A DNA stretch of 64,000 nucleotides from Eledone cirrhosa (taxonomy: Eukaryota). Under the pieces are notes generated by a model. The model saw only the letters and a program-made list of their open reading frames with translations, did not search any database and had not been told where the DNA came from. The stretch covers positions 3,224,001 through 3,288,000 of the forward strand of contig OZ024759.1 in assembly GCA_964016885.1 (NCBI GenBank), in the 5' to 3' direction. A program made the translations under genes and the position numbers. Each line of letters begins with the position of its first letter. The stretch's first letter is position 1. Shown here one piece after another: positions 10,410 to 23,529 of this stretch.

Positions 10410-10694
10410 ATATACATATACATACACATACATATACATACATATATATATATACATACATACATATATACACATACATACATACACATATATACATACA
10501 TACACATATACATACATATATATACATATACATACATACACATACATAAGCATATACACATAAGTATATATACATATACACACGTATATATACATATACA
10601 TACATACATATATACATATACATACATATATATACATATACATACATACATATATACATACACATACATACATATATACATATATACACATACA
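10410..10694. repeat. Compound (TACA/TA/CA)n microsatellite
   Basis: Low-complexity tract. Similar tracts at 11210-11277, 11885-12100, 12646-12812, 17576-17891, 18408-18647, 19197-19333 and 26334-26672. Confidence 0.95.
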
Positions 10695-12644
10695 TGGTGG
10701 CTACCAACTTGTTTTCGAGTACGGCCACTACTTTATATCCATGTAGGAGAACCCCTACCGATGTGCTGAACGAGTGTGACTTTTTAGTCCAGCCAGCGAC
10801 TTGAAAACTCTGGTACAAACACTACACTTGTGACAATTATTGACACATAGTGCTGGGCCCATGGTACCATGTGACGGCAAGTGCAGAGAGATCTCCAGAT
10901 ATAAAGCAATGCCTGTGCCGTGAAGCTTTTATAGTGAGCAAAGGCACTGCACAAAGCCAGTCCCACTCTCTTAACCAAGATGATATTTACCAAAAAGAAG
11001 AACAAGTCAACATCATTGGATACCATCAGGGTTGCAGGTGTTATATAAGAGTTTTCCTTCTCCTAGAATTCTGCCTTGACAAAAGCTAAGGGGTCATCTC
11101 TCCCAGTGATTTTGGATGGCCATTGACTCTTAAGAGCTCCTTTGCCCTTTGACAGGTTTTGTTTTTAGTCCTGCAGGATGTCCAAAGTCACCCTCCTCAC
11201 CAAGAAACCTTACATACATATATACATACATACACACATATACACATACATACACACATATACATACATATATACATGGTGGCTGCCAACTCGTTTTCGA
11301 GTACGGCCACTACTTTATATCCATGTAGGAGAACCCCTACCGATGCGCTGAACGAGTGTGACTTTTTAGTCCAGACAGCGACTTGACAACTCTGGTACAG
11401 ACACTACACTTGTGACAATTATTGACACATAGTGCTGGGCCCATGGTACCATGTGAGGACAAGTGCAGAGAGATCTCCAGATATAAAGTAGTGCCTGTGC
11501 CGTGAAGCTTTTATAGTGAGCAAAGGCACTGCACAAAGCCAGTCCCACTCTCTTAACCAAGATGATATTTACCAAAAAGAAGAACAAGTCAACATCATTG
11601 GATACCATCAGGGTTGCAGGTGTTATATCAGAGTTTTCCTTCTCCTAGAATTCTGCCTTGACAAAGGCTAAGGGGTCTTCTCTCCCGGTGATTTTGGATG
11701 GCCATTGACTCTTAAGAGCTCCTTTGCTCTTTGACAGGTTTTGTTTTTAGTCCTGCAGGATGTCCAAAGTCACCCGCCTCACCAAGAAACCTTGGTGGGG
11801 TTGCCAGTTTAGTCGCCAACGACCCGACCATGAGACAGGTTGTACTGGGATACATGTTACCAGTAGCACCAACTGGTGACCTGACATACATATATACATA
11901 TACACATACATACATATACATACATATACATACACATACATATATATATATATATACATACACACACATATACATACACACACATACATATACACATATA
12001 TACACATACATACACATACATATACATACATATACACATATACACTCATATATATACATACATACACACACATACATACATACATATATATACATACATA
12101 AAGACAAATCCACCTCATGGACGAGAATGCAAGGGCTCCTCCTCTTTGTTTCGGCCGCGGATGGCTAACATAACCCCATCCCCGCTCCCCACCGCTCCCA
12201 CCCTCCAAACGCAATCCAAAACTTCAGAGTTGGTACCATGAATGTAGGCACCTTAAAGGGTGGCTCTAACGAGATTGTAGAAATGCTTGAACGTAAGGAG
12301 GTCGATGTTTGTTTTATTCAAGAGACCAGGTGGAGGGGTGGGTCTGCTAGATTCATCGTGGGTAAAGAACGATGCAATAAGCTTTTCTGTGTGGGAAATG
12401 ACAATGGGCTGGGTATACACATACCACCCCACCACCCCACCGCAAAGTGGTCGTGGAGGCGCCGCGGCAAAAATGCACCCAGCCCACACTGTAAAGCTGA
12501 CGTGGAGGTGCCACGGAAAAAAAGCACCCAGCACTCACTGCAAACGGGGTTGGCGTCAGGAAGGGCACCCAGCTGTAGAAACCAATCCAGAATCAGCTCC
12601 CATCCCACCCTTGCAAGCATGGAAAAGCGGACGTATGATGAAGT

Positions 12645-12650
<6 letters not shown>
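10695..12650 (+). mobile_element. Internally deleted RTE derivative: putative 5' UTR (partly duplicated, microsatellite-interrupted), APE endonuclease N-terminus, and 3' tail
   Basis: [39 protein letters not shown] at ~12225-12410 is an APE N-terminus. It joins directly to the GGAAGGGCA.CCAGCTGTAGAAA...GATGA tail. Assignment of 10695-11884 as 5' UTR is inferred. Confidence 0.7.
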
Positions 12651-12710
<60 letters not shown>

Positions 12711-14589
12711 ATATGTACACATATACACATACATATATGTACATATATATACACATGCATATATACACACATATATATCAGTGTACATATACATATACAT
12801 ATATATATATATAAATGAATATTTATTCAATTTAAAGCCCCAATTATCTATATATAACAAGATATGAATTTTTCTAGGGATGGGGAAATTTTCAGTTTGT
12901 TTTTATATTTTCACTTCATTTTTTACTTTCTATTTAATACAGTCTTTGATCCAATATAATCCTGACAGTATTTGAACCAGTTTACCTCATATATATGTAT
13001 GCACACACAACACTCAAGTTTCGCCATCTACTGCTATTTCATTCATATTTATTGTTTAATTAACTCTGGTCTAATTCATCAACTATTGTTAATTATATTA
13101 TTACGTAGATTTCTTATAAAATCTAGTGCATATATACGTGTATATATACAGGGAGACACTGTAATAGATGTAAAGAGAGTGGGAGATAGAGTTATAGAAG
13201 TAAAGAGAGGGAAAGAAATAAGCGGTAGATAGAGTAATAGATGTAAAGAGAGGGTTAGAACGTTCAACTTGACAGTCAGTACAATGTTCAGCATGGTAGC
13301 CAGTACATATGCCAACTACCCAACCGGCCAGCCAGCCGTATTTGCGGTTGACTGGCCAGTTGGGCGGTTGGTATATGGAACGTTCAACTACGCAGTCAGT
13401 ACCAAAGTTCAACATTGTAGCCAGTGCATATGCCGATCGCCGCGCCCTCTTTGCTCTATTTTAGTGACCTGGAACTAAGTAAAAAGAGTAGGAGATAACT
13501 CGACAAGAGCGGAGAGGGTGAGATTCGAACCATGTAAAGTCGTTGGCTCCTGAAGTTCGTAAGCTGAGCAACGCCGGCAGCAAGGCAAATCGCGCATAAA
13601 ATAACACTTATATCGACAAAATAAAACAAAAATTTCAATGTTGCACTCTTGTTTGTTGTTCTTTTATTTTACGTAAACATTTCGCTGCTCTAGCCTCTTA
13701 TTTCCTATTAGATTACACTTAATTCCATTAAACATCCATTCTTAGTCTCGTGGTAAACTATTTCATCTATATTTATATCGCTGTTACAGCCTTTTATTTC
13801 TACATCTATCACCTATAGCCACTGTTACGCCGGTAGTATAAGTAGCTTTATAACAAGAAACGATGATATAACTCCACAAAATGTGTTCTTGAGCAAGACA
13901 CTTCACTTCATATTGCTCCAGTACACCGAGTTACACATAGACAGATACATACATACACATATATATGTACACAGATAGAAATAAGAGGGAGATAGAGTAA
14001 AAGATGTAAAGATAGTGTAAAAGATTTAAAGAGAGGGTGAGAGTGTGACACATTTATCTGTCTATCTCTCTCTATTTTAACACCGGTCGTTATAATTAGT
14101 TTTATAACACCGCTATATTACCGACATGAAAGAGGTAAATAATTATTTTTTAAATGTATAGAACATGTTTCTCTTGTCTTCTTAAATGTATAGAACATGT
14201 TTCTTATTTATATTCTTAACATAGCTACGACCTTATCTCATTTACTGGTCTCTACTTTTAGGTCTTTGCTGGTCCCATGTGCCCTCCATCAAGACACACT
14301 CGTCCCTTCTCTGAACCCCCGTACTAATTACTACACATACGTATATATATTTATTTTAAGAAACCTGAATGACAAATAATATAAAGTGTTTGTAAAGTGG
14401 GGAAGAGTAGTTTTACGGTGCAGTTGTTATATAGATATCGTTTTTGCAGTGGGGTTGTGACTGGCGTATAATAATGAGTCACTGTTGATGTATATACAAA
14501 TCATATTTTGGATATAAGTGAAGTTATTTAAGAGATTTAGTTGTTTTGTATACATTCCAGTTGTTGTCTCCCTGTTTCTTCTTCAACAA

Positions 14590-16580
14590 CTATAACGGTA
14601 CGCGATGGGGCCCACCCACAGCCCCGGCGGACAGAATGGAGAAGGCGTTTCCCCGGAGCACGGCAAGGGAGACGCGCTGGAAAAGCCACTCCAACTCGCG
14701 GGGCTCACATCTGCGGCTGGCCAGCTCAGCGCCTATGGTGGTGAGTAAGGAGGTAGCCCTGGGGCCGAGGACACCAGAAGTCTCCACTTCTAGGGGTACG
14801 ACCGCAAACCTGTCGGAGAGCGACCGATATGTGAGGAGTTTGGCCCCCTCAGCCTGACGTGCAGCAGAACCTGGGCCAGTCGCAGACTGCACCAGGTTGC
14901 GGCTGCAGAAAGTGTCGGTGCAAGTGGCATCCCAGACGAGGGGTTTGCCACCGCGGAACGGGAAGATGGTCTTGCCATCTGGCCTTTTGCCGTCCCCTGG
15001 AGCTGGGAAGGGAAGCCTGCAGCGTCCAAGCCATGCTTAATGACTTCGTTGAGGGCAGCATGGCGTGGATTGCGGCTGGCACTGTGGCGACAGGAAAGCG
15101 GGTGGAGGCCGAAAGAGTCCATTTTGGAACCGCAGCGACATTGGTGTGAGGCCGAGCCTCAGGGAAACGCCGATGCGCAAGCTATGGTTGTCTAGCTGCG
15201 TGCGAGTGGAGAAGGAGGGCAGGGCATGGAGCCAGCACCACTGTTGGGTTTGGAGGCCGCACGAAAACAAACAAGGCGGTGCTGGTCGAGCTGGCGCGTG
15301 AGCCTGTCTGAGGCCAGGCTGCACTGGATGGCATCCCAAGTGTGTTGGGGGGACTTGACGTCAACAGGGGGAGAAGGAGGAGGAACGTCTACTGGGCTAA
15401 GTCCTAGCCGGTCCCACGTCTCACAGGCGGCCACGCGTTCTCTGAACACAGAGGGTTCTGTTGTGTTTTGAAGAACCCTGCTGACGAGGCCGTGGTACGA
15501 GGTTACCGACGAAAGATACGCCGGCAAAGCTAGTGAGATCGGGGACTGGAGGTGAAGGCCGCCATACCTGACAGGTAAAGTTGCATATCTCATCGGCTGC
15601 TGCTCGGATACAAGTCTGGGTGTAGCACAGAGTGTATAGAGGAGCTTCGGCATGGCGTAGCAGTTCCTCAGCAGAAAGAGAACTGGGTGGCCATCAATCA
15701 AGCCCAGTCGGCTCGTGAGAGTCTGGACTTGATGGTGGAGCGGATGGCCGGCGGGTGGATCGGTGAGGGCATCCTCTTTGGGGGTCACCTGAACCTGGCG
15801 GAGAATGGACCGCACGTCCAAGACAGAGACTGCAAAGCTTGCAGCATTGAGGCTGACAATCACCACCTCCGACTTGGCTGAGTTGACTTGGAGGTCGATT
15901 CTCGCCAGGGCAGGAACCACCAATTGAAGGTCATGGCAGACCGTCTGTACGGGCCCACCCAAAGTAGCATCATCCAGATACCAAACGTTGAGAGGGGCCG
16001 TTATACTCCGGGCGATGTGGTCAATACCAAGGGTGAACAGGAGGGGTCCCAAAGGGTTGCCCTGTTGGATCCCAGTAGCCAAGGGTATGACCGTATCAGC
16101 AGCATGGCGCATGCTCGGGGCTCCATATGACAGGTAGGCTGAGGGGGCTCGGCTGAGGCAGGCCTCGAGCAGATGATCCCAGCGTAAAGAGTTGAAGGCA
16201 TTCCTCATGTCAAACTTGACAATGAGGTGGCTGGAGGCCCTGGATGCCGGTTCCGAGTGTTACGGACTTGCAGATTACCTTGGCAGCTAGCCTCCGGAAG
16301 ACATTGCCCACAGCAATGGGGCGTATGCCACCCTCTTTCTTCCTGAGAGCGGTGAGGCTGGCCGAAAAAAAGAGGCCTCGAGCGTAAGAGACCGGGGCGC
16401 CATGGATGAGCCTATTGTTGAGCGCCACAATTGCACTCAGAAAGCGGCGCCCGGCCTCAGCGGAGAGGGGAGATATCAACTCCTTGAGTAGGCCTGGTCA
16501 GAGACCATCAACATCTCCGCAGCTGCTAGCTGGGAAGGACCTGATGGCGGACATGATGTCTGCATCAGAAGCCACAAGGA
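14590..16580 (-). pseudogene. Degenerate CRE-clade non-LTR retrotransposon, copy 2
   Basis: Same motifs and frameshifts as copy 1; retains the canonical IRPIAVG. Confidence 0.85.
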
Positions 16581-17226
16581 ACAAGTGTGGATTACAATAC
16601 AAAACCTCTGAGAATGATTTCTAAGAATTTCACCATAATTAATTTTCATCAATATATATTAATATTATTATTGTTTATTAGGTCAGGTGGATTGGCCAGA
16701 ACAATTCTACTCTTCTTTTTTAGATGTCACGATTTTTCATGGCATTCCTGAGATCATTAATCTCCAGGTGGAGATCCAGAGACATCTGATGTATGTAGGT
16801 GAACCTCAGTCACCCCACTTGTGTCTTACTATGTTTAGGTATCCACCACAGGAGCCAGCTCATCAGGTCATCCTACCCTCAGCAGCAATGTCCAGCATCT
16901 ATTGACTTCCGCTCCCTAGTTATTGTGGTAATCTTCGATATCTGGGAATATATTTCTTCTGCTTAAGGGAGTAATAAATATATAGTTTAAAAAAAAATAT
17001 ATATATACACACACATATATATATGTTGACATTTATAAGAGTTCTCTATCAAAAGCCTTCTCTATGTCCAAAGCTAAGTATAGTGGCTTATTTGTCTCTA
17101 AGAACCTCTCTTGTAGTTGTCTCACTAAGAAGAGGGCATCTGTTGTACTTTTCAAAGGCACAAAAGCAAACTGCATCTCATACACATACATACATATACA
17201 TACATACATACATATACACATACATA

Positions 17227-17575
17227 CATCATCATCATCGTCATCATTTCGTTTTAAGTCCGCTTTTTCCCTGCTTGCAAGGGTGGGACGGGAACTGATT
17301 CTGGCTTGATTTCTACAGCTGGATGCCCTTCCTAACACCAACCTCATTTACAGTGAGTGCTGGGTGCTTTTTTGCCGTGGCACCTCCACGACCACTTTGC
17401 AGTGGAATGATATGGACCCCAGTCCCTATCATCTCATTTCTACAGCTGAGTAAACTGGAGCAATGTGAAATAAAGTGTCTTGCTCAAGGAAACAACACAT
17501 CACCCGGTCTGAGAATTGAACTCACAACCTTTCGATTGCCAGGCCAATGCTCTAACCACTAAGCCATGTGCCTCC
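17227..17575 (-). mobile_element. tRNA-derived SINE, duplicate of 10067-10409
   Basis: Near-identical sequence within the duplication. Confidence 0.9.
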
Positions 17576-17891
17576 ATATACATATACATACACATACATA
17601 TACATACATATATATATATATACATACATACATATATACACATACATACATACACATACATACATACACATATACATACATATATATACATATACATACA
17701 TACATCACATACATAAGCACATACACATAAGTATATATATATATACACACGTATATATACATATACATACATACATATATACATATACATACATATATAC
17801 ATATACATACATATATATACATATACATACATACATATATACATACATATATACATACACATACATACATATATACATATATACACATACA

Positions 17892-19193
17892 TGGTGGCTG
17901 CCAACTCGTTTTCGAGTACGGCCACTACTTTATATCCATGTAGGAGAACCCCTACCGATGTGCTGAACGAGTGTGACTTTTTAGTCCAGCCAGCGACTTG
18001 AAAACTCTGGTACAAACACTACACTTGTGACAATTATTGACACATAGTGCTGGGCCCATGGTACCATGTGACGGCAAGTGCAGAGAGATCTCCAGATATA
18101 AAGCAATGCCTGTGCCGTGAAGCTTTTATAGTGAGCAAAGGCACTGCACAAAGCCAGTCCCACTCTCTTAACCAAGATGATATTTACCAAAAAGAAGAAC
18201 AAGTCAACATCATTGGATACCATCAGGGTTGCAGGTGTTATATCAGAGTTTTCCTTCTCCTAGAATTCTGCCTTGACAAAAGCTAAGGGGTCATCTCTCC
18301 CAGTGATTTTGGATGGCCATTGACTCTTAAGAGCTCCTTTGCCCTTTGACAGGTTTTGTTTTTAGTCCTGCAGGATGTCCAAAGTCACCCTCCTCACCAA
18401 GAAAGCTTACATACATATATACATACATACACACATATATACATACATACACACATATACATACATATATACATATACACATACATACATATATATATAT
18501 ATACATACACACACATATACATACACACACATACATATACACATATATACACATACATACACATACATATACATACATATACACATATACACTCATATAT
18601 ATACATACATACACACACATACATACATACATATATATACATACATAAAGACAAATCCACCTCATGGACGAGAATGCAAGGGCTCCTCCTCTTTGTTTCG
18701 GCCGCGGATGGCTAACATAACCCCATCCCCGCTCCCCACCGCTCCCACCCTCCAAACGCAATCCAAAACTTCAGAGTTGGTACCATGAATGTAGGCACCT
18801 TAAAGGGTGGCTCTAACGAGGTTGTAGAAATGCTTGAACGTAAGGAGGTCGATGTTTGTTTTATTCAAGAGACCAGGTGGAGGGGTGGGTCTGCTAGATT
18901 CATCGTGGGTAAAGAACGATGCAATAAGCTTTTCTGTGTGGGAAATGACAATGGGCTGGGTATACACATACCACCCCACCACCCCACCGCAAAGTGGTCG
19001 TGGAGGCGCCGCGGCAAAAATGCACCCAGCCCACACTGTAAAGCTGACGTGGAGGTGCCACGGAAAAAAAAAGCACCCAGCACTCACTGCAAACGGGGTT
19101 GGCGTCAGGAAGGGCACCCAGCTGTAGAAACCAATCCAGAATCAGCTCCCATCCCACCCTTGCAAGCATGGAAAAGCGGACGTATGATGAAGT

Positions 19194-19197
<4 letters not shown>
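17892..19197 (+). mobile_element. Internally deleted RTE derivative, copy 2
   Basis: [34 protein letters not shown] plus 3' tail. Lacks the second ~600-bp unit present in copy 1. Confidence 0.7.
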
Positions 19198-19234
<37 letters not shown>

Positions 19235-19334
19235 CATATGTACACATATACACATACATATATGTACATATATACACACATGCATATATACACACATATA
19301 TATCAGTGTACATATACATATACATATATATACA

Positions 19335-19453
19335 GAAGGCGTGTGGCTGAGTGGTTAGAGAATTGGATTCGCAATCGTAAGGTTGTGAGTTCGATTCCTG
19401 GACCAGGTGATGCGTTATGTCCTTGAGCAAGACACTTTATTTCACGTTGCTCC
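19335..19453 (+). mobile_element. tRNA-derived SINE 5' half
   Basis: GGCGTGTGGCTGAGTGGTTAGAG (A box), GAGTTCGATTCC (B box), CCTTGAGCAAGACACTTTATTTCACGTTGCTCC. Same family as 10067-10409. Confidence 0.85.
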
Positions 19454-19907
19454 TTCTACCTGGAGTTGCGAACGATAGATAGTATTAGCAATTGGAAAGA
19501 CCAACGGAAACATTGTTCCCTCGGTCCGATTTGACGAAAGTCGATCGTTCCTTTTATATATATATATAAATGAATATTTATTCAATTTAAAGCGCCAATT
19601 ATCTATATATAACAAGATATGAATTTTTCTAGGGATGGGGAAATTTTCAGTTTGTTTTTATATTTTCACTTCATTTTTTACTTTCTATTTAATACAGTCT
19701 TTGATCCAATATAATCCTGACAGTATTTGAACCAGTTTACCTCATATCTGTTAGAACACGAAAAGTGTGAAACAACAGAATGTTTACTTTTCGTGTTCTA
19801 TCGTGTTCTAACATATATGCCTAACTTCTTCATAAATTTTCCCGGGATCGCCGTGGTGGTGGTGATCGTATGTCATTGGCTAATTTTCAACCAATCAGAG
19901 TAAGTGT

Positions 19908-19941
<34 letters not shown>

Positions 19942-20439
19942 TATTCCCCCTCTCTCTATATATATCTTACGCTTTCGCTTTACACTCCTCCCCTTCAATA
20001 ACACATTTTCCCCTCTCTATATATCTCTTCCACTGTTACTTACGCCTGTTTCTCTCTATCTGTTCCGTCTCTATATATATCTCTCTTACTCTTTCGCTTT
20101 GCACTCCTCCCCTTCAATACCATCTCTCCCCCTCTCTATATATTTGTTACTCTATCGCTGCACGCTCCTCTCCTTCAATATATCAATTACACACGCTTTA
20201 CACTCCTTTATCCCCAGCGCCCCTATATATACACCCCCCTCCCGCATCTATATTTTAATGTTCCGTTGCACCGTGAATATATGTGTCTATATACATATAT
20301 ATTGTATATACACATTCATGTATGTGTATACACACTCATGTATGTATATACACTGGTTTTATGTGTGTATTGTAAATTTGTACTGTTAAAACACGAAACT
20401 AACATTCGATTGACACTTTGATTATCTGTACAGGCAATA

Positions 20440-20490
20440 GTTATTAGAATGCTGTTGAAGTGTGTATATATTTTTGGGGGACATCCTGTA
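20440..20490 (-). mobile_element. Tc1/mariner-like terminal fragment
   Basis: Minus strand TA-CAGGATGTCCCCCAAAAA resembles CAGGGTGTCCC-type TIRs. No partner end found. Confidence 0.35.
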
Positions 20491-20503
20491 TATACACACA
20501 TTA

Positions 20504-21347
20504 TCTATATATATAAAACTGAGGTTGTCTGTCTATCGATTTTTGGCACACATCTCCTCTTAGAATCTCTCACGGAATTGCACCGAAATTGCTATACTTG
20601 TACATTGAGCCCTAGCGAAGACATCGGAAAAAAAATATTTCAAATTGACCCGCCCTATCTGACGAAATCGAATATAATGTATCGATTTTTGAGCGTAAGT
20701 GATCAGTTATTTCCCTTTGTTCTGTTTACATTGAGCGTCTGCGTGCAAAAATTAAAAAAATTACGCTGGCTTTCTCAGCGAAGCCTTTTAAAACAATATT
20801 TTTACTTGAAAACAAGTCTATTTAAAGACTACGTAAAACAAGCAAATATTTCGTAAAAAAAAAAGCAGAAATTATATAAGTTTATTTAAAATATATGTAT
20901 CTGTAAATTTCGTTAGGCGTGCAGACAGACAGTCGTGCAGAGAGGTGATATTCGCGTGCAGACAGATAGTCGTGCAGAGAGGTGATATAGGCGTGCAGAC
21001 AGACAGTCGTGCAGAGAGGTGATATAGGCGTGCAGACAGACATAACTGATAATTTGGTTACGCTAATGTTTTTCTCTGCGTTGCAGTGTTTACATTTTCG
21101 ATCTTTGTTAATAAATAACCAGTGCAGTTTCTATCCCCAGCATCCTCTTTTGTTATAACATTCGGGTTATCGTTATGTTTTCTTAACTTCATAAGGCATA
21201 TTGTTGGTTGAGGGAATATTAATCAAAAACACCACATGCAAGTCTGCACAGTAGACATTACAGTTTTTAAGCCAAAAAAGAAACTTAACATTGTAACTTT
21301 AACACAGCTACTGAGCGACCCCGAGCAACGCCGGGCTTTACTGCTAG
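20504..21347 (+). mobile_element. Non-autonomous Helitron
   Basis: 5' TC(TATATATATAAAA), 3' hairpin CCCGAGC-AAC-GCCGGG then CTAG, inserted between A and T. Internal ~37-bp tandem repeat at 20915-21040. Confidence 0.8.
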
Positions 21348-22100
21348 TATATAATACAATAAACAGATAAATACACACATATATATATATGAGCTTATTT
21401 AATTATAAATATTGTGAATTTTTAACTCAGTTCAATTATATATATAAATGGCTTTTACAGGACTAGAACTGTTTCATTCGAAAGAAATCATCATAATATT
21501 GAGAGGGGGGACTAGATAAAATATTTCAAATCAAATGTGTATAAGTTATAAGTTAAAATGTATAAATAGAGACGATAGTGGAGGTATATCTGTTTAGTGG
21601 AACAGTAGACGATAGAATTAAATACAGACGAGAATCTCCCTTTAATGAAACAGCAGACGATAGAATTAAGGCAATTTAAATTTTAAGCATTTGCATTTCA
21701 TCGTTACGGGGTCGATAAAATAAAGTACCAGTAATACACTGTCACTATAAGTAGACGACTTTCAAATTGAATTGTTGGTTCCATTTCTTTAGTATTTTCA
21801 ATTGTAGTTATCTACTTAAAAAGCGGTTAGAGACATAATTGATAAGTTATATCTTCCCTATTAAACCATTGCATTATTTCGCCTACAATAGAACAAAAAT
21901 GAAATGTTCTTTAAAGAAACAGGAATATAACTTTATAAAAAAAAAAGTTGCATCCGCTTCTTTTATCATTGATAATTTTTTCGTTTTAATATTAATTGTT
22001 TTTTGTAGTTGTTTATATTAAAAATCTTACTGTAATATTTACTTAAACGAAGGCAGACATCTAAACTTATAGATTAATCTTGAGCGAAGGACTAGATAAA

Positions 22101-22180
<80 letters not shown>

Positions 22181-22183
<3 letters not shown>

Positions 22184-22392
22184 GAAGAATGATAACATTT
22201 CAAGCAAAGAGTTTAATTAGGTAATGACTTACAAATTTGTTTCAGTATATATTTAATATAATATTAATATATTTTGTAATATTATTAACTAATTATTATA
22301 ATTAGCGCTTCAGGCTTTGTCTATATACTGAAACAAATTTGTAAGTCATTACCTAATTAAACTCTTTGCTTGAAATTTTATCACTCTTCGTT
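22181..22392. repeat. ~70-bp inverted repeat, possible Penelope-type inverted pLTR remnant
   Basis: 22181-22251 is the reverse complement of 22322-22392 with few mismatches. The arm carries GAAACAAATTTGTA, which resembles a hammerhead stem III. Confidence 0.7.
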
Positions 22393-22589
22393 TTGAATTT
22401 CTCCTAAGTATTCAATACTCTGTTGAGAAATACATTTTACATAAACAGTCTTTGTACCATTTATACGGTATTAATTACTTATATTTATATATATATATAT
22501 ATATATAGCGTATGATTAGAACTGTGTTTATTATTAATATTTTAATGGATTTAATGAAAAATTTTAGGTGTTCATATATATATTCTAAA

Positions 22590-22648
22590 ACTGCGCGAAA
22601 TCGTGAATCCGCGATAGTTGAACCGCCAAGTAGCGAGGTATCACTGTA
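22590..22648. mobile_element. Tigger/pogo-like terminal fragment
   Basis: Ends CGAGGTATCACTG-TA (reverse: TA-CAGTGATACCTCG), as in pogo/Tigger TIRs. Single end only. Confidence 0.45.
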
Positions 22649-22674
22649 TATATGTTTAAATATATAGTGTAGCT

Positions 22675-23139
22675 GTGATGTATCTCGCGAGTGAATCGAG
22701 ACCTGTCACTGATTTTGGTGTCCCCACTGCCGATGTGAATGAGCAACGCTGCACTTGTGAATTGGGTCTTGATGTTGCAGGCAGTTCATATACTTACAAT
22801 GATGCGGTCCCACAAGCTTGTTCACATTCCTGTGCTAATAATCTAGATGGGCGTATTAAATTGGATGTGAAAGCAGCTTACCGGATGCGGAATCGGGAGA
22901 AGTTGAGACAAAAACAGGCCGATTATAGAGCTGTGAATTTTGCTAAATTAACACAAAAACAGGCCAAGTATAGATGTTCAAAACGGTATGAGTTGGCAAA
23001 CAAGCAGGCCAAGTATAGATCTGCAAATTCAGCTATTATATCTCAAAAGCAAGCCGAGCGTAGAGCTTCTAAACGTACCGAGTTGGCTAAAGAGCAGACC
23101 GAGTACAGATCTGCAAATATCTTATTGCACAAACAATAA
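22675..23139 (+). other. 154-aa ORF with 15-aa basic repeats (K-Q-A-x-Y-R), possibly TE-derived or an exon
   Basis: Five diverged repeats: QKQADYRA, QKQAKYRC, NKQAKYRS, QKQAERRA, KEQTEYRS, at 45-bp spacing. Confidence 0.4.
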
Positions 23140-23164
23140 TTCTGCACAAATGTTGCTCCATTAT

Positions 23165-23347
23165 TTTGGCAGTATTGGTAGAGGGTCGGATGCCATGCTT
23201 TCCAGCATAGTTACGTCCCTTTACGATCTGAGTTCAAATCCTGCCGAGGTTGACTTTGCCTTTCATCCTTACGGGGTAGATAAAATAAAGTACCAGTAAT
23301 GCACTGGGTAATTGCTGGCCTTGTGCCTAAAGTAGAAACAATTATTA
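23165..23347 (+). mobile_element. SINE of a second family
   Basis: GAGTTCAAATCC B box followed by GACTTTGCCTTTCATCCTTACGGGGTAGATAAAATAAAGTACCAGT. Related copies at 24650-24826 and 21695-21742. Confidence 0.75.
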
Positions 23348-23529
23348 GATCTAATGTTGCAACGATACAGTTAAATGTTGTCTGTGTATTTTAAAAAAGA
23401 TTTGCTTATAATCTTTTCAAATTTCATTACGCCAATGATTCAAGCTCAAATTGACATTATCTAAAAAATTGTACAAACAGCGGTGGATTAGCAGTAGTGA
23501 ACAGATAAATCAGTCAATTTATTAAGATT

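Larger units (their letters stand above)
5999..12992 (+). repeat. Tandem segmental duplication, copy 1
   Basis: Collinear with 13163-19747. Offset is exactly 7160 bp over the central part (ORFs 7037/14197, 8032/15192, 9863/17023). Confidence 0.95.
13163..19747 (+). repeat. Tandem segmental duplication, copy 2
   Basis: Starts AATAGATGTAAAGAGAGTGGGAG and ends ACCAGTTTACCTCATAT, as copy 1 does. Differs by scattered substitutions and two large indels. Confidence 0.95.

Noticed and set aside
19335-19410. Functional tRNA gene
   Set aside because: It continues into the SINE central domain and lacks a proper cloverleaf, so it is a SINE head.
10334-19430. Tyr/Ile/His/Thr- and Val/Cys/Met-rich ORFs
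   Set aside because: Translations of TA/CA microsatellites.
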